Source of the DNA: a virus
Virus record (IMG/VR): IMGVR_UViG_3300010262_000007
Length of the DNA stretch: 37,945 bases
Reading direction: 5' to 3' (one strand)
The translations under genes and the position numbers were made by a program. How positions within the stretch are numbered: position 1 is the stretch's first letter; every line of letters begins with the position of its first letter. Below the pieces are notes generated by a model, which was given only the letters and a program-made list of their open reading frames with translations, was not told where the DNA came from and ran no database searches. Shown piece by piece: positions 34,710-37,945 of this stretch.

Positions 34710-35681
34710 ATGCAGATTGACGTAACAAACGGCAAACGCTTCACAGAGTACGACGCGCTGGCTGCCGTAGCCAGCGAGGAGGACGTTCTCCTGGTACGAC
34801 TCGCAGACGGCGCAGGCGTCAAGAGGATCCCTATCAGCGCCATCAAGGCCTTCATCAATGGAGACCTGGACACGCTGGAGACTGAGGACAAGACCAGCCT
34901 GATCGCCGCCATCAACGAAGTCTTCGGCCTGGTAGGCACCAATGCCCAAGACATCAAAGCCCTGAAGGAGCTGACCACAATGCTCGGCCAGACTGGGGCA
35001 TCCAGGGCCAACTCCTTCATCTATGAGCACGACCTCGGCACCAGCTTCACCGCTGAGCAGTCCGCCGACATCCGTGCCGGCAAGTTTGAGAAGGTCCGCA
35101 CTGGCGGCTACTGGACCATCAACGGCCACAAATACTGGGCCGCCCATGCTAACTACCGTCTGCACTGCGGCGACACCGAGCTGACCACCCACCATATGCT
35201 GGTCATCCCCGACAAGCCCTTCTATAACGGCGTGATGAATGACACTAACGTCACGACCGGCTCCTACTACGGCAGCAAGATGAAGACCTCCGGCCTGGCC
35301 AACGCTCTGGCCACTGTCAAGGCTGACTTCGGCGCAGACCACATCCTGACTCACAGGATCCTCCTGGCCAACGCTGTCAGCAATGGCGCCAGCTCCGGCT
35401 GGGCATGGTACGACAGCCAGATCGACCTGATGAACGAGCACATGGTCTACGGCTCCTACGCATGGGGCGGCGGAGCGCAGAACGGCTACGACGTCGGGGC
35501 AGACAAGAGCCAGCTGGCTCTGTTCCAGGCACGCCCGGATCTGATCACGAACAGAGAGAACTGGTGGCTGAGAGACGTCCGGTCGGCGTCGCATTTCTGC
35601 AGTGTCAGCGGCAGCGGTGGTGCCAACGACGGGAACGCCTCGTACTCCTTCGGCGTCCGCCCGGCTTTCCTGATCTATTGA
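34710..35681 (+). CDS. DGR target protein 2: receptor-binding tail fibre with C-terminal CLec-type variable region (Mtd analogue)
   Basis: C-terminus ...NRENWWLRDVRSASHFCSVSGSGGANDGNASYSFGVRPAFLIY. Its last ~94 nt are repeated in the TR-like segment and in VR1. Confidence 0.85.
   Translation: MQIDVTNGKRFTEYDALAAVASEEDVLLVRLADGAGVKRIPISAIKAFINGDLDTLETEDKTSLIAAINEVFGLVGTNAQDIKALKELTTMLGQTGASRANSFIYEHDLGTSFTAEQSADIRAGKFEKVRTGGYWTINGHKYWAAHANYRLHCGDTELTTHHMLVIPDKPFYNGVMNDTNVTTGSYYGSKMKTSGLANALATVKADFGADHILTHRILLANAVSNGASSGWAWYDSQIDLMNEHMVYGSYAWGGGAQNGYDVGADKSQLALFQARPDLITNRENWWLRDVRSASHFCSVSGSGGANDGNASYSFGVRPAFLIY
35576..35669 (+). repeat. DGR variable region VR2
   Basis: 94 nt, aligned to VR1 and to 36292..36390. 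Ends in the GC-rich block TCGGCGTCCGCCCGG (IMH-like). Confidence 0.8.
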
Positions 35682-35689
35682 TCAAAAAT

Positions 35690-35710
35690 CCCGGCCCCTC
35701 GTGGGCCGGG
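35690..35710 (+). promoter_or_regulatory. GC hairpin downstream of VR2 (DGR target-recognition hairpin candidate)
   Basis: Stem CCCGGCCC / GGGCCGGG with loop CTCGT, about 20 nt after the VR homology ends. Confidence 0.65.
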
Positions 35711-35737
35711 TAAATCTAATCAAGGAGATAAGATAGC

Positions 35738-36265
35738 GTGTCAGACATCCCCAAAAGTAAAAGAGCATATTCCAACCTGGAAGCGCACCACAAGGCGCTG
35801 GAGATCCGCAGGAAGATCGCGGTGGAGCTCCTGGCCGGCTTCGCCTACAGCGAGAAAAAGCTGGAGGAAGCCGTCCGGAAGCAGACGCAACACATCCAGG
35901 ACCCTGAGCATAGGGCGGAGGCCGCCCAGGCCATCCGCAACCTGGAGGAAGACTTCGCCTGCTGGTTTATCAAGCGCCACCGCGACCGGGTGGACGACCT
36001 CTGCTGCGACATCGCGCAGCATCTCAGAGGCGCCAATACCATCTGGCCGACCTACCACTTCGAGTATAAGGACAGGCGCGGTGAGCTAAACCAGGCGCTG
36101 AAGTGCTGCAACAAGCTCCAGGACGAGCTCCAGTACATCGCCGAGTCGCTGCCGGCAGACAAGAACAAGTATATGGACATCGTGCTGGAAGTCGAGGCCC
36201 TGTTCAACATGATCAAGGCACTGCGGCAGTCTGACAACCGTCTCCTGAAGCATCTGAAAGACTAA
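35738..36265 (+). CDS. avd: Accessory variability determinant (Avd-like helical-bundle protein)
   Basis: GTG start after AAGGAG. 175 aa, all-helical and basic. Occupies the canonical slot between VR and TR. Longer than typical Avd proteins. Confidence 0.6.
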   Translation: MSDIPKSKRAYSNLEAHHKALEIRRKIAVELLAGFAYSEKKLEEAVRKQTQHIQDPEHRAEAAQAIRNLEEDFACWFIKRHRDRVDDLCCDIAQHLRGANTIWPTYHFEYKDRRGELNQALKCCNKLQDELQYIAESLPADKNKYMDIVLEVEALFNMIKALRQSDNRLLKHLKD

Positions 36266-36291
36266 GAATATAGGGTGTCCTCTGTACGGGC

Positions 36292-36390
36292 CGTCCGGTC
36301 GGCGGCGGGTTTCTGCGGGGTCGTCTGCGCCGGGGGGGGGGGCCGGCGCCTGGGCCGGCCTCGCCCTCCCTCGGCGTCCGCCCGGATTTC
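36292..36390 (+). repeat. DGR template-repeat-like segment (non-coding, adenine-free, 5 nt longer than the VRs)
   Basis: Shares CGTCCGGTCGGCG...TTTCTGC...TCGGCGTCCGCCCGG with both VRs. No A between 36287 and 36385. Lies between avd and the RT gene. Confidence 0.7.
36332..36342 (+). repeat. Homopolymeric G11 tract inside the TR-like segment
   Basis: Counted directly: gcgcc-ggggggggggg-ccggcg. Confidence 0.95.
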
Positions 36391-36502
36391 ACAACTGCAC
36401 AAAGTCATCGGGCAAGTTCCCGCGTGCAGCAATGGGAAAGGAGAGGCCATCCTTCCAGCGGAAGCTGGTAAATGCTAACCAGGACGCTCCCGGTCACGAC
36501 CG

Positions 36503-37828
36503 ATGGGGCTATCGCGTGGTTTTTATATGACTGTATATTTTGATGCTAATAACATTTATGACGCCGGGACCAAGGCGATGCAAAGCAGCAAGTTCAAACA
36601 CGGCACCCAGCTGTTCGAGATGAACCACCTGCTGACCACTGCCCACATCCGGCAGGACTTTATCACCGGCGACTACAAGCCGGATCCGGGCAACAAGTTC
36701 CCGATCAATGAGCGCGGGCATCCGCGCTACATAACCAGTAACACGATGGTGGACAAGACGGTCAACCATCTGCTCTGCGACGAGGTGCTGACGCCGTCCA
36801 TCAGCAAGTACCTGATCTATGACAACGGCGCCTCACAGAAGGGCAAGGGTGTGGCTTTCCATCGTCGCCGCTTCGAGGCTCGACTGCATCAGTATTTCAT
36901 GCAAAACGGCACCAACGAGGGATACATCCTCCTGGTGGACTTCTCCGGCTATTATGCCAACATCCCGCACGACAAGTGCCTGGAGGTGCTCCAGACGTTC
37001 CTGGAGCGCGAAGTCGAAGATCCGGAGACGCTGGCCATCACTGAGATGCTGCTGCCGCTCATCTTCAAGACCTTCGAGCAGGACGTCTCTCGTTTCACTG
37101 ACAAGGAGATCGAGGCGATGATGGCCGGAAAAATCGACCCGATGCTGAACTACGGCGTGGATCCAGCGCTCCTGACCGGCGAGAAAATGCTCCGGAAGGG
37201 TGTGGACATCGGCTCCCAGCCTTCGCAGAACATCGGCATCGTCTACCCCTACCGGCTGGACAATTATGCCAAGATCGTCAAGGCGGTCAAAGGATACGGC
37301 CGTTATACCGATGACTCCTACGCAATCGCCCGGACCCGGGAGGAGCTGCTGGAACTTCTGGACGGTCTGGAGAAGGAGGCGAAAGAGTATGGGCTGATAA
37401 TTAACCGCAAGAAAACCAGGATCGTGAAATTGTCCTCAGAGTTCCGGCACCTGCAGGTGTGCTACTCCTTAACAGAGACCGGCAGAATTATCCGGAAGAT
37501 CAACCCGAAGAACATCACAAGGGAGCGGCGCAAGCTGAAGGCCTACAAGCGCCTGCTCGATAGCGGCCGCATCGACTACGCGACGGTCGAGAACGCCTTC
37601 AAGTCCTGGCTGGGAAGTCACTGGAAGTATATGTCGCATGATCAAGTTTATAACATGAGCAGCCTCTACTATGAGCTGTTCGGAAGGAGACCAAAATGGA
37701 AAAAAGGACATGGAAGATTACACTGGCTGATGGCACATCCCTCGACGGCCTCGACCTCAACGGGAACAACTACATCAGCTCCGCCGCCGTCGCCGAGGCC
37801 ACCTTCGCCGGTAAGCTCTCCAGCGTGA
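36503..37828 (+). CDS. DGR-type reverse transcriptase
   Basis: LLVDFSGYYANIPH, IGSQPSQ (the [LIV]GxxxSQ DGR signature), GRYTDDSYAIA (YxDD) and NRKKTRIV. The start is uncertain (ATG at 36503 or 36527, neither with a clear RBS). The last ~44 codons overlap the next gene. Confidence 0.85.
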   Translation: MGLSRGFYMTVYFDANNIYDAGTKAMQSSKFKHGTQLFEMNHLLTTAHIRQDFITGDYKPDPGNKFPINERGHPRYITSNTMVDKTVNHLLCDEVLTPSISKYLIYDNGASQKGKGVAFHRRRFEARLHQYFMQNGTNEGYILLVDFSGYYANIPHDKCLEVLQTFLEREVEDPETLAITEMLLPLIFKTFEQDVSRFTDKEIEAMMAGKIDPMLNYGVDPALLTGEKMLRKGVDIGSQPSQNIGIVYPYRLDNYAKIVKAVKGYGRYTDDSYAIARTREELLELLDGLEKEAKEYGLIINRKKTRIVKLSSEFRHLQVCYSLTETGRIIRKINPKNITRERRKLKAYKRLLDSGRIDYATVENAFKSWLGSHWKYMSHDQVYNMSSLYYELFGRRPKWKKGHGRLHWLMAHPSTASTSTGTTTSAPPPSPRPPSPVSSPA

Positions 37829-37945
37829 CCATCGAGGGGCCTGACGGCACCCAGACCTATCAGGACATGAAGCTGGTCCAGATCAGCAAGGTCGGCAAGA
37901 GTTACTGGTTTATCCTGGCCGAGAAGACGGCTGAGGAAAAGCAGA
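37696..37945 (+). CDS. Hypothetical phage protein, N-terminal part of the wrap-around gene (continues at 124..224)
   Basis: ATG at 37696 is preceded by GGAAGGAGA (37682..37690). The frame is open to the window end and identical to 3..123 across the repeat. Confidence 0.6.
   Translation, partial: MEKRTWKITLADGTSLDGLDLNGNNYISSAAVAEATFAGKLSSVTIEGPDGTQTYQDMKLVQISKVGKSYWFILAEKTAEEKQ
37823..37945. repeat. Direct terminal repeat, right copy
   Basis: Identical to 1..123. Confidence 0.95.

Larger units (their letters stand above)
34710..37828 (+). mobile_element. Diversity-generating retroelement cassette (target/VR2 - hairpin - avd - TR - RT)
   Basis: See the component features below. A remote VR1 lies at 11770..11863. 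Confidence 0.85.
1..37945. mobile_element. Complete temperate siphovirus-type phage genome (unit length 37,822 bp, window closes on itself)
   Basis: Full lysis, lysogeny, replication, packaging, head and tail modules are present. Positions 1..123 are identical to 37823..37945, and one gene is split across the window ends. Confidence 0.85.

Noticed and set aside
36292-36385. Idea that this DGR mutagenises G instead of A. Most TR/VR mismatches in the ungapped left part fall at TR G positions (9 of 12).
   Set aside because: Half of the TR G positions (9 of 18 in the left part) are invariant G in both VRs. The variable columns are enriched for A in the VRs, and several columns are A in both VRs but non-A in the TR. 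This pattern fits an ancestral A-rich template better than G-specific mutagenesis. It remains untested.
36275-36478. A 67-aa ORF covering the TR-like segment.
   Set aside because: It has no RBS. Its translation merely mirrors the VR peptide for about 17 aa and then drifts out of frame. The region is better explained as the non-coding DGR template and spacer.

Overview
The window is a complete, self-closing genome of a GC-rich temperate siphovirus-type phage. The first 123 nt (1..123) are identical to the last 123 nt (37823..37945), giving a unit length of 37,822 bp. Nearly all genes are on the + strand; the lysogeny module is the exception.

Gene order:
- Lysis: two small paralogous ORFs, a holin and a three-domain endolysin (227..2473).
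- Lysogeny (- strand): large serine recombinase and XRE repressor (2590..4477), followed by a divergent-promoter and operator switch (4478..4642).
- Early and replication genes: Cro-like HTH, NPPY methyltransferase, DUF2800 nuclease, DUF2815 SSB-like protein, family A DNA polymerase, VirE-type primase, iteron-rich candidate origin, VRR-NUC, HNH, SNF2 helicase, DUF4406, sigma-like activator and a DPPY methyltransferase.
- Packaging, head and tail: TerS, TerL, portal, gp7/MuF, Prp protease, scaffold, capsid, connectors, major tail protein, chaperones, tape measure, Dit, Gp37-like protein and fibres.

The standout system is a diversity-generating retroelement (DGR) at 34710..37828, arranged as tail-fibre target with VR, then avd, then TR, then RT. 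A second, remote variable region sits in a small non-structural gene inside the replication module (11324..11881). Both VRs are followed by covarying GC hairpins.

The TR-like copy is unusual:
- It has no adenine over 99 nt.
- It carries G or C where both VRs keep A.
- It contains a G11 run and is 5 nt longer than the VRs.
It therefore looks like a recipient rather than a donor of adenine mutagenesis. It may be a burnt-out or self-homed TR, or a consensus artefact.

Other points:
- A G11 tract frameshifts a DNA methyltransferase.
- The SNF2 helicase is broken by TAG plus a frameshift inside its Walker A motif.
- A phage Prp protease is paired with NLQLF leader peptides on the scaffold, capsid and major tail proteins.
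- The tail-chaperone pair may be joined by a -1 frameshift.
- The tape measure gene holds 132-bp tandem repeats.

I could not recognise any rRNA, tRNA, CRISPR array or IS element. All calls come from reading the sequence and ORF translations; no database search was run.
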